Notes: generated from the sequence alone by a model not told the origin. A DNA stretch of 63,850 nt, filler included, from Octopus bimaculoides (GCF_001194135.2; 8 parts of 5 records of this genome joined end to end with filler, not necessarily neighbours in it); one strand, 5' to 3'. Counted from the whole stretch's first letter, positions 38,075 through 50,921 are shown. Translations and numbers: made by a program.

Positions 38075-38300
38075 TTGTGGATAGTGGATGATTGTAGAAT
38101 GTTGTGTTATATGGTTACGAACCTTTTCGTTCTGAGTTCAAATACTGCCGAGATCTTTGGTTTCCATCATTCGCGTATCGATAAAATGAGCGTACTAGCC
38201 AATGATTAAATACTGAGGTGTATTCGGACTATTCTATTTAAAGTCTGTGCTCCAGCATAGCCATAGTGCAATGACCAGTTGTAGTTAATTTTCACTCAAT
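38075..38300 (+). mobile_element. degenerate SINE with family A head and family B-type tail
   Basis: GTTCTGAGTTCAAATACTGCCGAG head, GTGCTCCAGCATAGCCATAGT tail. Confidence 0.55.
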
Positions 38301-38498
38301 GTTTAAATGTAATCCAGATTCATAAGAGTGAAAAATGATATTGTGTGGCAATCATGCTTTCCAATAACCATTAAGGAGCTAAACTGAGTGAACTGCACTC
38401 ACCTAAAAATCGAAATAGGATTGTTCTCAAAGAATGCTACGCCTTGGCCACCATTTCAGCCCAATATAGCTGCCATTATAAATAACTGGCTCTCTTAC

Positions 38499-38615
38499 TT
38501 TTGTTAGTTATATTTAGGCACGACCATTGAGCATCATTGGATTTCTTCTCATATAATGACCATATCCAGAGGGAATATGTAGCTTTTGTGTGAGATCGGT
38601 CAGTAAATCGATGAC
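38499..38615 (-). CDS. candidate upstream exon (117 nt, phase 1 to 1), possibly of the ChAT locus
   Basis: Acceptor TTCCTTTCTTCTTCAAAG, donor AAAA|GTAAGA, one open frame HRFTDRSHTKATYSLWIWSLYEKKSNDAQWSCLNITNK; no recognisable homology. Confidence 0.3.
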
Positions 38616-39172
38616 CTTTGAAGAAGAAAGGAAGAGTTTCTCTTTTGTGTATGTTTGCATGTATGCATGTATTTTGCTTATTTTTAGCTTCCCATTTCTC
38701 GTATTGCTTCATCTTCCTAAGCTAAAATAACGACCGTTTGAAGAAAAGGAGACACAGAGAGAAAAACAGAGAAAGAAAGAGATAGAGAGTGAGTGAGAGA
38801 AAGGAGTAGAAACTCAGAACCTCGTTTTGATTTTTGATATCGACTCTAAAGCAAGACAATTTAATTTGATTTGATCAGAAGTCAGCTCCAACGGCTGAAT
38901 AGGGAGCAATCAGTTGATATTGTTGACAAAAGCAAGCGGTAACGCTAGAACGAGTCGGTCTCTAAGCTGTGCCTACTTATTTTTACAGTTTCAAAGCAAA
39001 TAGAAAAAATAAAGAAAGGAAAAAAAAAGGAAGAAAATAATCGCTTCAATGCTCACGAAATTAGCTTTAAATGGTTCTGTAGTCAGGCAGCAATTTGACG
39101 TCACTTATATTCTTGAAATTGTCTAATATGGTAGATATTTATAAAACATTCACCAACAAACGATGACGACGT

Positions 39173-39217
<45 letters not shown>

Positions 39218-39361
39218 TGATGACGATGATGACAGCAACAACAACAAAAATAGTAGTAGCATCATAAGCAATAAGAGCAGCAAGAACAGTCAACAGCAAC
39301 TGCAGCAGCAAAATACTTAATACTAATAAACACAGCCTAAACAGATTTCATTGAATCACAA

Positions 39362-39464
39362 CAAACGGCAAACTGGCAGAGTTGTTAAGTACGTCAGACG
39401 GAACGTTTTGTGATATCTGCTATGATTCAGTATACTGAGTTCAAGTTCCGCCGAGGCCAACTTT
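39362..39464 (+). mobile_element. SINE family A head, degenerate, cut by linker
   Basis: CTGAGTTCAAGTTCCGCCGAGGCCAACTTT. Confidence 0.65.
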
Positions 39465-39564
39465 NNNNNNNNNNNNNNNNNNNNNNNNNNNNNNNNNNNN
39501 NNNNNNNNTTAATTAATTAANNNNNNNNNNNNNNNNNNNNNNNNNNNNNNNNNNNNNNNNNNNN
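39465..39564. other. artificial scaffold linker
   Basis: N44-TTAATTAATTAA (39509-39520)-N44. Confidence 0.95.
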
Positions 39565-39601
<37 letters not shown>

Positions 39602-40206
39602 ATACGTATGTATATATTGTATATCGAATAAGTACTAGGATTACAAAGAATAAGTTCTGGCATCGATTTGTTCGACTAAAGGTGGTGCTCCAGCATGGAT
39701 TATTCGAGTGGCTAGTCGCAATTTAAAACCAAAAGGCTCTAGTACAATCGTGCTTAAAGTGACTAAAGGTATATAGATGTGTGTGTGAGCGCGCGTGCGT
39801 GTGTGTATGTGGGTATTCGACTATATACATGGACCGACACGCACACACGCATGCACATATATACATACGCATATATAATATACTATAGAATTATATAACT
39901 CCGATACGCACACACACACATTCATAGAGTAAAATGTAATATGATATGATATGACATAAAATTATAATACCCCGATATAGACACATACATTTGGAAAATA
40001 AATATTTGATGCTCCGTCCGTCAGTATTGTTCCTCTGAGAAATTACTGAAACATTTTCCTTGCATCTAAAGAATATATAAATATTTTATTTCTCTGACCT
40101 TGTATATATGCATTCAACTCTCCCACCTAAATGTCCACGCCATCTTTTGTTGTCTAGACTAGATATAATAACCTACTCTATGAGTGTGCAGGACCGTGTG
40201 CACACA

Positions 40207-40254
<48 letters not shown>

Positions 40255-41104
40255 NNNNNNNNNNNNNNNNNNNNNNNNNNNNNNNNNNNNNNNNNNNNNN
40301 NNNNNNNNNNNNNNNNNNNNNNNNNNNNNNNNNNNNNNNNNNNNNNNNNNNNNNNNNNNNNNNNNNNNNNNNNNNNNNNNNNNNNNNNNNNNNNNNNNNN
40401 NNNNNNNNNNNNNNNNNNNNNNNNNNNNNNNNNNNNNNNNNNNNNNNNNNNNNNNNNNNNNNNNNNNNNNNNNNNNNNNNNNNNNNNNNNNNNNNNNNNN
40501 NNNNNNNNNNNNNNNNNNNNNNNNNNNNNNNNNNNNNNNNNNNNNNNNNNNNNNNNNNNNNNNNNNNNNNNNNNNNNNNNNNNNTATATATGAATTCATA
40601 AATATCCATATATAAATATACACACATCTATATACACACATACATAAATACACATACTATATATATGAACAATATATGTGTGTACATTGTGTATAAATAT
40701 TTATTATTCAATCATTTTCGCCGTCTAACACATTGTATGCAAATTATAGATAAGTTCTAGTTTGTGACAGATTTAAATAGCAATTTCCTATAAGCTCTGT
40801 TCGTGGTCAGGGGAGCGAAGAAATATTTGTCCTCTAATGAATGATCAACGAACCGTGAAACGTTGCCAATTTCTCTATATTTTACTTTGTATGAAAAGAA
40901 TAACAAGAAGTATTTGCAGGGACATGGCTGTTTAGTTTAAGAAACTCATTTTGCCGCCATGCAGTTTTGGGTTCTGTCCCACAAGTTATTGGCCAGTTTT
41001 TGGGCTATGTAGAAGAAGCTTGCCCGACGTGCCGGATAGTGAGACTAAACTCGAAACTGAGTAGCTGCAAAACAAGCTTCTTAACCACACAGTGATGCTT
41101 GCAT

Positions 41105-41275
41105 CTAATTATACATATGCGACAAGTTTCTGTCAATTACCGTCTACCAAATCCACTCGGAAGGCCTCTGTCAACCCGAGGTTATAGTAAGAAACACTCA
41201 TCGAAGGCGCCACGCGGTGAGACTGAACCTAGAACCATGTGGTTGAGATACAAGCTTCTCACCACACAACCTCGT
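41105..41275 (-). mobile_element. SINE family B, 5' half
   Basis: CCGTCTACCAAATCCACTCG...GAACCATGTGGTTG...ACCACACAACC. Confidence 0.75.
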
Positions 41276-41792
41276 TTAAATAAGTTTATGCTGCAAATTT
41301 ACTTACCGTATTTCATGGTATATGAAAGACACGGCTATATTAAACGCGCCACAGTTTCAGTATTGTATACTTAGGAAAAAGTGCTTTTAGTACATTAAAG
41401 TTTACAGGAAGCCCAGCATTGCATAATAGGACCCAGGATGATCTTTAGAGACATATTTTTGGAAAAAAAATGTCTCTTGTGTGTCTTCACATATGGTTAA
41501 GGCACGTGGACTTGTGGTTTGGTTCATGCTCGTAAAATCATGGTGGGTTCGGTTCTCGAGATGTTAGTTAGCACGCCGGGCGAAATGCTTAGCGGTATTT
41601 CGTGTATGTGAGTTTGGATTTATTGGTAATTATTATTGGAGTGCGTCTGGATAGGAAGTGCAAGTTTCTATTGACTGTTTTTGTGTTATTTCCTGTTATA
41701 ATTATTGTTCCTGTTATAATTATTTGTGTGATAGTCTTCGTTCGAAAACTATCGTGTTTTCCCCTGTGGGGGAAACATTAATTGCTGGCCAG

Positions 41793-42680
41793 ATGCCGAA
41801 AAGTGTAACTTCGTCTGGCGAAGAGTCGTCAACCGACAAGGAGGCAAAAAAGATTGAAAGTTTAATATTTGGCGATATTTCGGATTCTTCTGAAAGTGAA
41901 TTTCCCCAACCATCACCGTGTACTGTTGCAAAGAGGAATATTGACGTGAAAAGCCTTCAAACAGAAGATAATAAAAAAGAAGTTTTGCGTCGGCGGTTGG
42001 AGGTGGAACCCGCCGGCTGTTGACAAACAAAAATGTCCTGAGAAAGTACAAAGATTTGATAACAATTCAAGACGGTGTTGTGAAAGTTCAACTCCCGGAA
42101 GAACTATTAATGTTAGAAAAAAGAAAACAATTATTTTTAAATCTTACTGTCTAAAAGGAAAACAAATTGATCGAGTGAGTGAAGAGAAAGTTGAGAAGTG
42201 CTTGAAACTCATTTGGCAGGATATCACATACCTAGCCAGAGGGAAGAAGTTTGATACTATCGAAATACGACTAAAAGATATAGAAACTGCACAAACGCAC
42301 ACAGTTAAATCTTTAGAAACGGAGGACGTTGTTTTAATTCCAATATATGTGGCAACGGGGACGTCAAAAATACGTTTACCAAGGGTTCTGCCTCAAGTCG
42401 ACCCTATGTAGTTGATGGCGGCAGTCCTGGCAAAAAAGGAAGATAATGTAACACTCCTTCAGGCTACCGTCACAGAAAAGGCTTATTGGACCAGTCAAAC
42501 GGTTCACCTAATACAAGCAGAACAGTCAATTTTAGAACAGTTACCGGAGAAAATTGAAATTAAGGAGGAATTCCTTAACGTGTTCGGCGAGGGGCGTAAG
42601 CCCCGATGTTTCCAGTGTGGCTAGCTGGGCCATATAAAAAAACACTGTAGAGACGGCGAGGAAGAATTCGATGGTGAGGA
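41793..42680 (+). pseudogene. Tx1-type ORF1 (nucleic-acid-binding, zinc knuckle), disrupted
   Basis: EGRKPRCFQCG*LGHIKKHC = CX2CX4HX4C at 42607-42648 with an in-frame stop; further stop at 42409-42411 and a frameshift near 42020; runs into (GA)n and a gap. Confidence 0.8.
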
Positions 42681-42767
<87 letters not shown>

Positions 42768-43258
42768 NNNNNNNNNNNNNNNNNNNNNNNNNNNNNNNNN
42801 NNNNNNNNNNNNNNNNNNNNNNNNNNNNNNNNNNNNNNNNNNNNNNNNNNNNNNNNNNNNNNNNNNNNNNNNNNNNNNNNNNNNNNNNNNNNNNNNNNNN
42901 NNNNNNNNNNNNNNNNNNNNNNNNNNNNNNNNNNNNNNNNNNNNNNNNNNNNNNNNNNNNNNNNNNNNNNNNNNNNNNNNNNNNNNNNNNNNNNNNNNNN
43001 NNNNNNNNNNNNNNNNNNNNNNNNNNNNNNNNNNNNNNNNNNNNNNCAGAACTTTCTGATAAATATAAGAACTACGAGTTCTACGAAATGGATAAAAAAG
43101 ACTCATAATGTATTACTTAACACGTAGAGAAAGTCGATGTCGATGATGAGATTGGATTTTAATCAATCCATTTTTCAAGACTTGCCACCTTCGACCCTAT
43201 GTCAAGAAAAGGTGGAGAGTCCCTCTCCAAAGGACACCTCGGATTAAATATGTAAGTA

Positions 43259-46200
43259 ATGTCTATTCACATTGGTCGTGTAAATGTTCGTGGCCTGATG
43301 TCTAGCTGGAAGCAAGGGCGCTTCCTAAATGACATCAGGTCAAGAAAATTGGATGTGATTGTTGCAACGGAAACCCGGGTGAAGGGGCCAAGAGATCTGT
43401 CCTCCCTCCTGAACGGCTACGAGAAATACGTTTCTCCGAGTCGGGTAGGAGGTGGGGTGGGGTGTTGGTCCTACTAAGAAGAAACCGGGTAGCCGAGAAA
43501 AAGTTGGTTTTTTTCTGATCCAGAAGGTAGGTTGGTCATTCTCGACATGACATTCAGTTATGGTAAGATAATCAGGTTAGTTGCTATTTATGCACCCAAC
43601 ATTATGGGCCCGCAAAGTGAATATTTTCGTGACCTGGGCAAGTTCCTGGCCACGTCGCATTCGCTAGTNNNNNNNNNNACCTGGGCAAGTTCCTGGCCAC
43701 GTCGCATTCGCTAGTACTGATAGGAGACTTTAACACAATCTGTGACGCACACACAGATTGTGTTGGCTCAAACATGAATAGAAAATGTAAACCTGGCTTA
43801 CGGGGTCTGCTAAGTCACTTTCAGCTGGCAGATCCATATAGGTTGGAAAACCCGAACACTCCACAGTGGATGTGGTCAAATAGTGACGGATCTTCCAGAA
43901 CATATCTAGATAGGGTTTTAATTAGAAAAACAGATAAGTCCATAGCTAAGTGTCCACAGTTTTATCTAGTCAGCTACAGTGATCACAAGATGATTACCTG
44001 TAAGCTGACAGTAGATAAGTTGCATAGACAGGGATCTGGCTACTGGAAACTCAATACGTCCCTCTTGGCGATTGAGGAGTACAGAAAGTGGATCGAGATG
44101 TTAATACAGAGTGCATTGACAGGTACCATCATTAATAACAAATGGTGGTACGCCCTAAAAAGAGCCATCAAATATGAGTCTATTAGGTTTAGCATAAGTT
44201 TAGCTAAGAAGGGACGTAGAATAGGAGATGGTATAGTTAAGGAACTAGAAGAATCCTGGAGGACTGGCAATGCGGACCAAGTGAAGGTGAAAAGACTGGA
44301 GTTAAACCAGTATCTTGAAGCCCAACACATGGGAAGTATTGCCAGAGCTAAGTTACGTGCGATGGGAAGTGAAGGAATCAAGGCCGCTGGATGGGCCCGA
44401 GTTGTGGAAGCTCGACAAGGAAATAGTTTCACTATTCGCTCTTTGACGAATCAAAATGNNNNNNNNNNNNNNNNNNNNNNNNNNNNNNNNNNNNNNNNNN
44501 NNNNNNNNNNNNNNNNNNNNNNNNNNNNNNNNNNNNNNNNNNNNNNNNNNNNNNNNNNNNNNNNNNNNNNNNNNNNNNNNNNNNNNNNNNNNNNNNNNNN
44601 NNNNNNNNNNNNNNNNNNNNNNNNNNNNNNNNNNNNNNNNNNNNNNNNNNNNNNNNNNNNNNNNNNNNNNNNNNNNNNNNNNNNNNNNNNNNNNNNNNNN
44701 NNNNNNNNNNNNNNNNNNNNNNNNNNNNNNNNNNNNNNNNNNNNNNNNNNNNNNNNNNNNNNNNNNNNNNNNNNNNNNNNNNNNNNNNNNNNNNNNNNNN
44801 NNNNNNNNNNNNNNNNNNNNNNNNNNNNNNNNNNNNNTAATGCCTTTCGGGAGTACTTCGCCCAGCTGTCCGGGGGTGATGGCGGTCCTGATGGTGAGGG
44901 AGTCCTCGAGAACTTTCTTGCCGAGCTGCCGTGCCTCTCGCGGTCGGATGCGGAGTCTTGTGAAGGGCCGATCGCGCCTGAGGAGGATAAGTCGCCGGGA
45001 CTCGATGGTCTTCCGTACGAGCTGTATAAATGTATGCCAGACTTGTTCGGGCACCTACTGGCTGACGTGTATGCGAACTGGCAACAGAATGAATTTATCC
45101 CTAGATCTGTGTGCCGGGGAGTAGTGACGTTAATCAGAAAGGACCCAGACAAGGGGGACGTTTTTGATAAATTCAGGCCCATCACTCTGTTAAACGCAGA
45201 AGTGAAGATTTTGGCCAAGGTCTTAGCGAAAAGGTTGTCGTGTGTCGCGAATGGTATAGTCGGGGAGGCACAGACATGTGCCATCACAAGCAGAACCATT
45301 CAGGACAATCTCCACCTTATTCACTATACCATAGAGAGGGCTGATGATAACTCTGGCAAAGGTGGGATATTTGTAAATTTGGACCAGTCTAAAGCTTTTG
45401 ATAGGGTTGACCATCGATACCTGGCGACTGTGCTTGCGCGGTTCGGCCTAGGCCTTGGCTTCCTCAGGTGGTTCATCGCTTTGTATCACAACATTGACTC
45501 GATAGTTCGAATTTCCTTTCGAAGCCGTTCTGCCTCAGACGCCTGGTTCGTCAAGGATGTCTGCTCTCACCGCTTTTGTATGTGGTGGCTCTTGAGCCCC
45601 TACTGCGAAGATTGAGTGGCATCTCGAGAGAACCAGGTTTAGAGGAATTTGTTATAGCTTACGCGGACGATATCACTATCAGCGAAACGACAGTAGCACG
45701 CCTAAGTAAAGTGGGTAAGGCTATTGAGGTTTGCGAGACGGTGGCAGGAGCAANNNNNNNNNNNNNNNNNNNNNNNNNNNNNNNNNNNNNNNNNNNNNNN
45801 NNNNNNNNNNNNNNNNNNNNNNNNNNNNNNNNNNNNNNNNNNNNNNNNNNNNNNNNNNNNNNNNNNNNNNNNNNNNNNNNNNNNNNNNNNNNNNNNNNNN
45901 NNNNNNNNNNNNNNNNNNNNNNNNNNNNNNNNNNNNNNNNNNNNNNNNNNNNNNNNNNNNNNNNNNNNNNNNNNNNNNNNNNNNNNNNNNNNNNNNNNNN
46001 NNNNNNNNNNNNNNNNNNNNNNNNNNNNNNNNNNNNNNNNNNNNNNNNNNNNNNNNNNNNNNNNNNNNNNNNNNNNNNNNNNNNNNNNNNNNNNNNNNNN
46101 NNNNNNNNNNNNNNNNNNNNNNNNNNNNNNNNNNNNNNNNNNNNNNNNNNNNNNNNNNNNNNNNNNNNNNNNNNNNNNNNNNNNNNNNNNNNNNNNNNNN

Positions 46201-47346
46201 NNNNNNNNNNNNNNNNNNNNNNNNNNNNNNNNNNNNNNNNNNNNNNNNNNNNNNNNNNNNNNNNNNNNNNNNNNNNNNNNNNNNNNNNNNNNNNNNNNNN
46301 NNNNNNNNNNNNNNNNNNNNNNNNNNNNNNNNNNNNNNNNNNNNNNNNNNNNNNNNNNNNNNNNNNNNNNNNNNNNNNNNNNNTGGTTGATCAGGTTGGA
46401 GAGACAGCTCTTTCGCTTTTTGTGGAAGGGCAGGCCACCACTTGTGAAACACTCTATCTGTTATCAAAAGCCGTTAAAGGGAGATTTAGGAATGCCTTGG
46501 TTAATGATGCACAGGCATGCGTTGAGGTTGAGGCATCTCTGGATTCTCCTGGATGGTGAACGGGTGTGGTCTCCGCTGGCCAGACAAATGTTCCCCGAGT
46601 TCAAAAGTTTTTGCGAACAGGAAGCCTGATGCTTTCGTAGACCGAGGTCGAGTGAGTGGCATAAAGAGTGTCGTAAGGCCCTCCTGCTATTCCGACGCTC
46701 GGGCAACGCCAGCGGTGGGGGCTCTACACGAATTTTATATAGTGGGTTGGTAGAGTTTGAATGTGACGATGGCTTGGGGGCGACTCTAGGTCTCGGGTAT
46801 ATTCAACTGGACAGCCTGTTCTATCGTACATTCCGGTTGAGAACGTTGGACAACTTCCAAGAGTCCTTGACCTGGCAATGTTACAGAAGTGCCTTGTCCG
46901 TTTGGGATAAGCTCGCAAGACACGGCAAGCGTCAGTCGCCGACCTGTCCAAGATGCGGGGGAGACAGGGAAACCGCCACTCACGCTACTGTCCAGTGTCT
47001 GGAGATATCTGAAATGTGGGTTTATGCAGAACACCTGTTGTCCGGCGAAGGAAGAGTACAGCTGTCGACTGAGTCAATTATAAAAATTGACCCACCAGAA
47101 GTTTTAACAAACGAAGGTAAGAATTGTTTTTTTCCGGTTGTAGCAATAACGAAAGAGGCAGTATGGAAGACGAGGATAAAAGGAATTAAGACAGGCAACT
47201 TTATCTCTGGCTACGATTTACGCTCATTTTTTACTTTTCATTTGAAAAGGAAAGTGTGGTTAGAGAAGAGGTGTCTGTCGGAGTGTACGTTCCAAAAGAG
47301 ATGGAAGCATGTTGCACGAGTGTTGTGCGTGCAAGGAACCGTGTGA
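43259..47346 (+). pseudogene. Tx1-type ORF2 (APE-RT-CCHC), disrupted
   Basis: NVRGL, ATETR, DPEGRL, IYAPN, GDFN, YLDRVL, SDH, GYWKLN; KSPGLDGL, RPITLLN, LDQSKAFDRV, RQGC.LSP, YADD (45660-45671); CPRC-x7-H-x4-C at 46945-46998. Confidence 0.92.
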
Positions 47347-47562
47347 ATAGGCTATAAAAGAAGAACAAAAAAAGGTACCAGTGATAGATCGGGGCTTGTG
47401 TGGTAGGAGCGTGGCCTGATCATCGCTACATTTGTGTTGTCTCAGTATGGTTAATTTCATTCGATTTTTAAAAATATTTTAAATAATATATATCATATTT
47501 TATCATATTTTATGTAAAATCATAACGTATTACTGATCCCAATCAGTTGTTTNNNNNNNNNN

Positions 47563-47663
47563 ACCAGTTACGCATTGGGGTCAATGTAATCGACTTAATC
47601 CCTTTGTCTGTCTTTGTTTATCCCATCTATGTTTAGCCCCTTGTGGACAATAAAGAAATAAAT
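47563..47663 (+). mobile_element. SINE family A, 3' half
   Basis: ACCAGTTACGCATTGGGGTCAATGTAATCGACTTAATCCCTTTGTCTGTC...AATAAAGAAATAAAT. Confidence 0.85.
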
Positions 47664-47675
47664 ATATGTAGTTCA

Positions 47676-47870
47676 GTCGTTAGCACGCTAGGCAAAATGC
47701 TTAGCAGCATTTCGTCCGTCCTTACGTCGAGTTCAAATTCCATCGAGGTCGTCTTTGCCTTTCATCTTTTTAGGGTCGATAAATAACTACCAGTTGATCA
47801 CTGGGGGCCGATGTAATCGACTTACTCCCCACCCCTTAATTTGTTGGCTTTGTACCAAGATTTGTAACCA
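47676..47870 (+). mobile_element. SINE family A, 5'-truncated
   Basis: CGTTAGCACGCTAGGCAAAATGCTTAGC...GAGTTCAAATTCC...GGGTCGATAAA. Confidence 0.85.
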
Positions 47871-48169
47871 ATATTAGATAGTTCAGTTGATCACACAGCT
47901 GTCGCTCCCGTACGTCGAAACAGATATGAGAATATAATATTTATACATGTGTGTTAAATGTCAGCATTTGTCTCATGTTTATGTAAAATACAGCTATGCT
48001 AATTTAACATCGGAATTTTCAATATAGATTTTCGTTTGCCAATAATTTATGATGTTGACCTTTTGACTTGAATGTTATCGTTTTCTCGAGCATTTTTGAC
48101 AATAATGAATTGATGCAAAATGATTTGTTTGAAATATTACATGCTTTCTGTACAAGAATTTTTAATTTT

Positions 48170-48271
<102 letters not shown>

Positions 48272-48371
48272 NNNNNNNNNNNNNNNNNNNNNNNNNNNNN
48301 NNNNNNNNNNNNNNNTTAATTAATTAANNNNNNNNNNNNNNNNNNNNNNNNNNNNNNNNNNNNNNNNNNNN
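48272..48371. other. artificial scaffold linker
   Basis: N44-TTAATTAATTAA (48316-48327)-N44. Confidence 0.95.
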
Positions 48372-48559
48372 CTCAATTGTCAAATGTTTTATTAAAGATG
48401 TTGGGAGGAGCGAAAGAAGCATTGGCACCCATAGTATAGCAGTAGCACTTCAATCTTTCTCTCGCCAAATCGGAAAGATGTATTTATCCGAAAAATTTTC
48501 GGAGAAATTTAGCCGAAGATACGAAAGTGTTGATCCTGGCATACACAGTTGTATAGTGA

Positions 48560-48860
48560 TACAACACTGCTTTGAGGTGGAGTGTGGTACCACTATGAGC
48601 ATCTAGTGAAAAAGGAAAATATTTAAAAGAAAACATACCAAGTGGCAACAGTTACTAAAACAACACACTTAGCCAGGTCCGCCGTCTAACCAGTTTTCTA
48701 GGCCTCTTGGAAAGTCAGTGCTCTGGGCTCTACAGCATCTTCCTTTGAAGGTTAGCCACAGCATACACAGATCACAGTTGGATCCCTAGACCTGTGGAGG
48801 ACCAACTGGGTCCATACCTTGAGGCAGTACTACGTTTGGTCATAAACACTGACAGCAACA
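48560..48860 (+). mobile_element. possible CRE-like (RLE endonuclease) retrotransposon 3' remnant
   Basis: Weak ALGSTASSF..TVG pattern resembling G.LG..A..F..L...TGD; heavily decayed. Confidence 0.25.
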
Positions 48861-49601
48861 AGAACAGCAACAACATCCTCACCTTCGTGTTTGACTCAGT
48901 TACACAGAAAATGGCAAGTAAGATGTCCAGCAGCAGTGGTGACAATGATAGCAACATGAACGAGCACCAAAAGCAACAACAACAATGAAATGGATTGAGT
49001 GGAAGCAACCACACCGAAATGGGTTGAACGGAAGCTGTACTTGAAAGTTCGCGCAACGTGGGGACCAAGAATATCGCAAGCAATTACAGCGTGATTGCGG
49101 CATCTTGTCTCACTTTTTGAAAGACCAGATTGCATCAACATTGCTGCTGACACCCTCGAAACGGAGAGCTCATTCTGCTGTGGATGTTGATGCGTAGACA
49201 TGCGTTAAAAGATGAAGCATTTACAAGAATTTCTGATGTTGAGCATGTGTAGTCGTCCTTTGACACGAACATTTTCCTATTGGTCATCTTACTGGCGGAG
49301 CCGCAATTTTGTGCCAAACGAAGACCACGTCTGGACGTCTGGTCTCTAGAATGTCGTCAAGCGCACACAGATCCCTACAATCTGCACAGAACAAGCGTTG
49401 GAGCATTCATATTACTGAGATTAATAATGGAAATGAGCGACGATATCCTCGAAGTAAATATAGCTGAAAAAATGATGAATGAGGTACTTACTTTGAGTTT
49501 CCGGGCACCCTCGGCTCGAGCAGTGCTAGTGTCAGGTCTTGTGCGAAATTGCAATAGCTGTCATTTATCCCGATAATTATGATGTGATGATGCTGATGGC
49601 T

Positions 49602-49659
<58 letters not shown>

Positions 49660-50324
49660 GATAAGGAGGAGGAGGAGGAGGANNNNNNNNNNNNNNNNNN
49701 NNNNNNNNNNNNNNNNNNNNNNNNNNNNNNNNNNNNNNNNNNNNNNNNNNNNNNNNNNNNNNNNNNNNNNNNNNNNNNNNNNNNNNNNNNNNNNNNNNNN
49801 NNNNNNNNNNNNNNNNNNNNNNNNNNNNNNNNNNNNNNNNNNNNNNNNNNNNNNNNNNNNNNNNNNNNNNNNNNNNNNNNNNNNNNNNNNNNNNNNNNNN
49901 NNNNNNNNNNNNNNNNNNNNNNNNNNNNNNNNNNNNNNNNNNNNNNNNNNNNNNNNNNNNNNNNNNNNNNNNNNNNNNNNNNNNNNNNNNNNNNNNNNNN
50001 NNNNNNNNNNNNNNNNNNNNNNNNNNNNNNNNNNNNNNNNNNNNNNNTGTGCGTGTGCGTGTGCGTGTGCGTGTGTGTGTATTTTATTATTTCGCTTAAA
50101 CATTTCGACACTAAAAATCTGGCGTAAGAAGAATTTAATCTTGAATTTAGTTTTGAAAATATGGAGTTTCCTGATCGCAATTTATTTACTTCGCCATGTA
50201 GCAAACTGATAATGACGTCAATATATATAAAAAGAAATTTTCATTAAGCTTATGAAAGGACTTATAGGAATTTGTTAAAAGGTCCAAAGAAACATCTAAA
50301 AAGTCAGTCCTAGTTAGCTTGGTG

Positions 50325-50546
50325 TCAAGTAGAGATATTAAGTCCTACAGGATTAAAGGTAGAAATCAACTGCTTTCTAAAGGAATCCATAGCGTGGCCA
50401 TCACAATTGTGAAACACTGCCAAAGTATCATCCTCGTATATGTCCATGCTATGGTTGTAGAATTTCGAATTTACACGGTCTAATATGCATAAACCAATTA
50501 AATCGCATATATCTGCGCTATCGTATGAACTCTTTAGGACATCCAA
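50325..50546 (-). pseudogene. Penelope-like RT core fragment
   Basis: DVLKSSYDSADICDLIGL...IYEDDTLA..G..MDSFRKQLISTF..GLNI matches the MGSYDGAE.C.LVGL / YRDDGL blocks of PLE RTs. Confidence 0.75.
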
Positions 50547-50719
50547 TAGCCCACTTTGGGTTATTTTTTTTTATCCAAGTATGTGCACGTTTGTTTTTGC
50601 TTGTTTTTTTTTTGTTTTTTACCTAGTTTTCCGTCTGAATTGCTAGTTTTGTTGAGTATACTAAGCTTCGTATATCTGTACCTCAGTGTCACATCGATGG
50701 CATATGCTACTTTCTCACG

Positions 50720-50732
50720 TAATAATAATAAC

Positions 50733-50793
<61 letters not shown>

Positions 50794-50832
50794 GTAATAA
50801 TAATAATAATAACAAGAACAACAACAACTATA

Positions 50833-50920
<88 letters not shown>
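50720..50920. repeat. (AAT)n microsatellite
   Basis: Direct reading. Confidence 0.95.

Positions 50921-50921
<1 letters not shown>

Larger units (their letters stand above)
41604..47552 (+). mobile_element. near full-length Tx1/L1-type non-LTR retrotransposon (decayed)
   Basis: Two-ORF layout: gag-like ORF1 with CCHC knuckle, ORF2 with APE endonuclease, RT and C-terminal CCHC; boundaries approximate. Confidence 0.85.

Noticed and set aside
40826-40870. CTAATGA...CCGT-GAAAC-GTT hammerhead-like remnant
   Set aside because: G5 mutated and stems I and II broken
41658-42023. 121-aa ORF as an independent host gene
   Set aside because: Lies directly upstream of and frameshifted into the Tx1 ORF1 remnant; treated as its N-terminus
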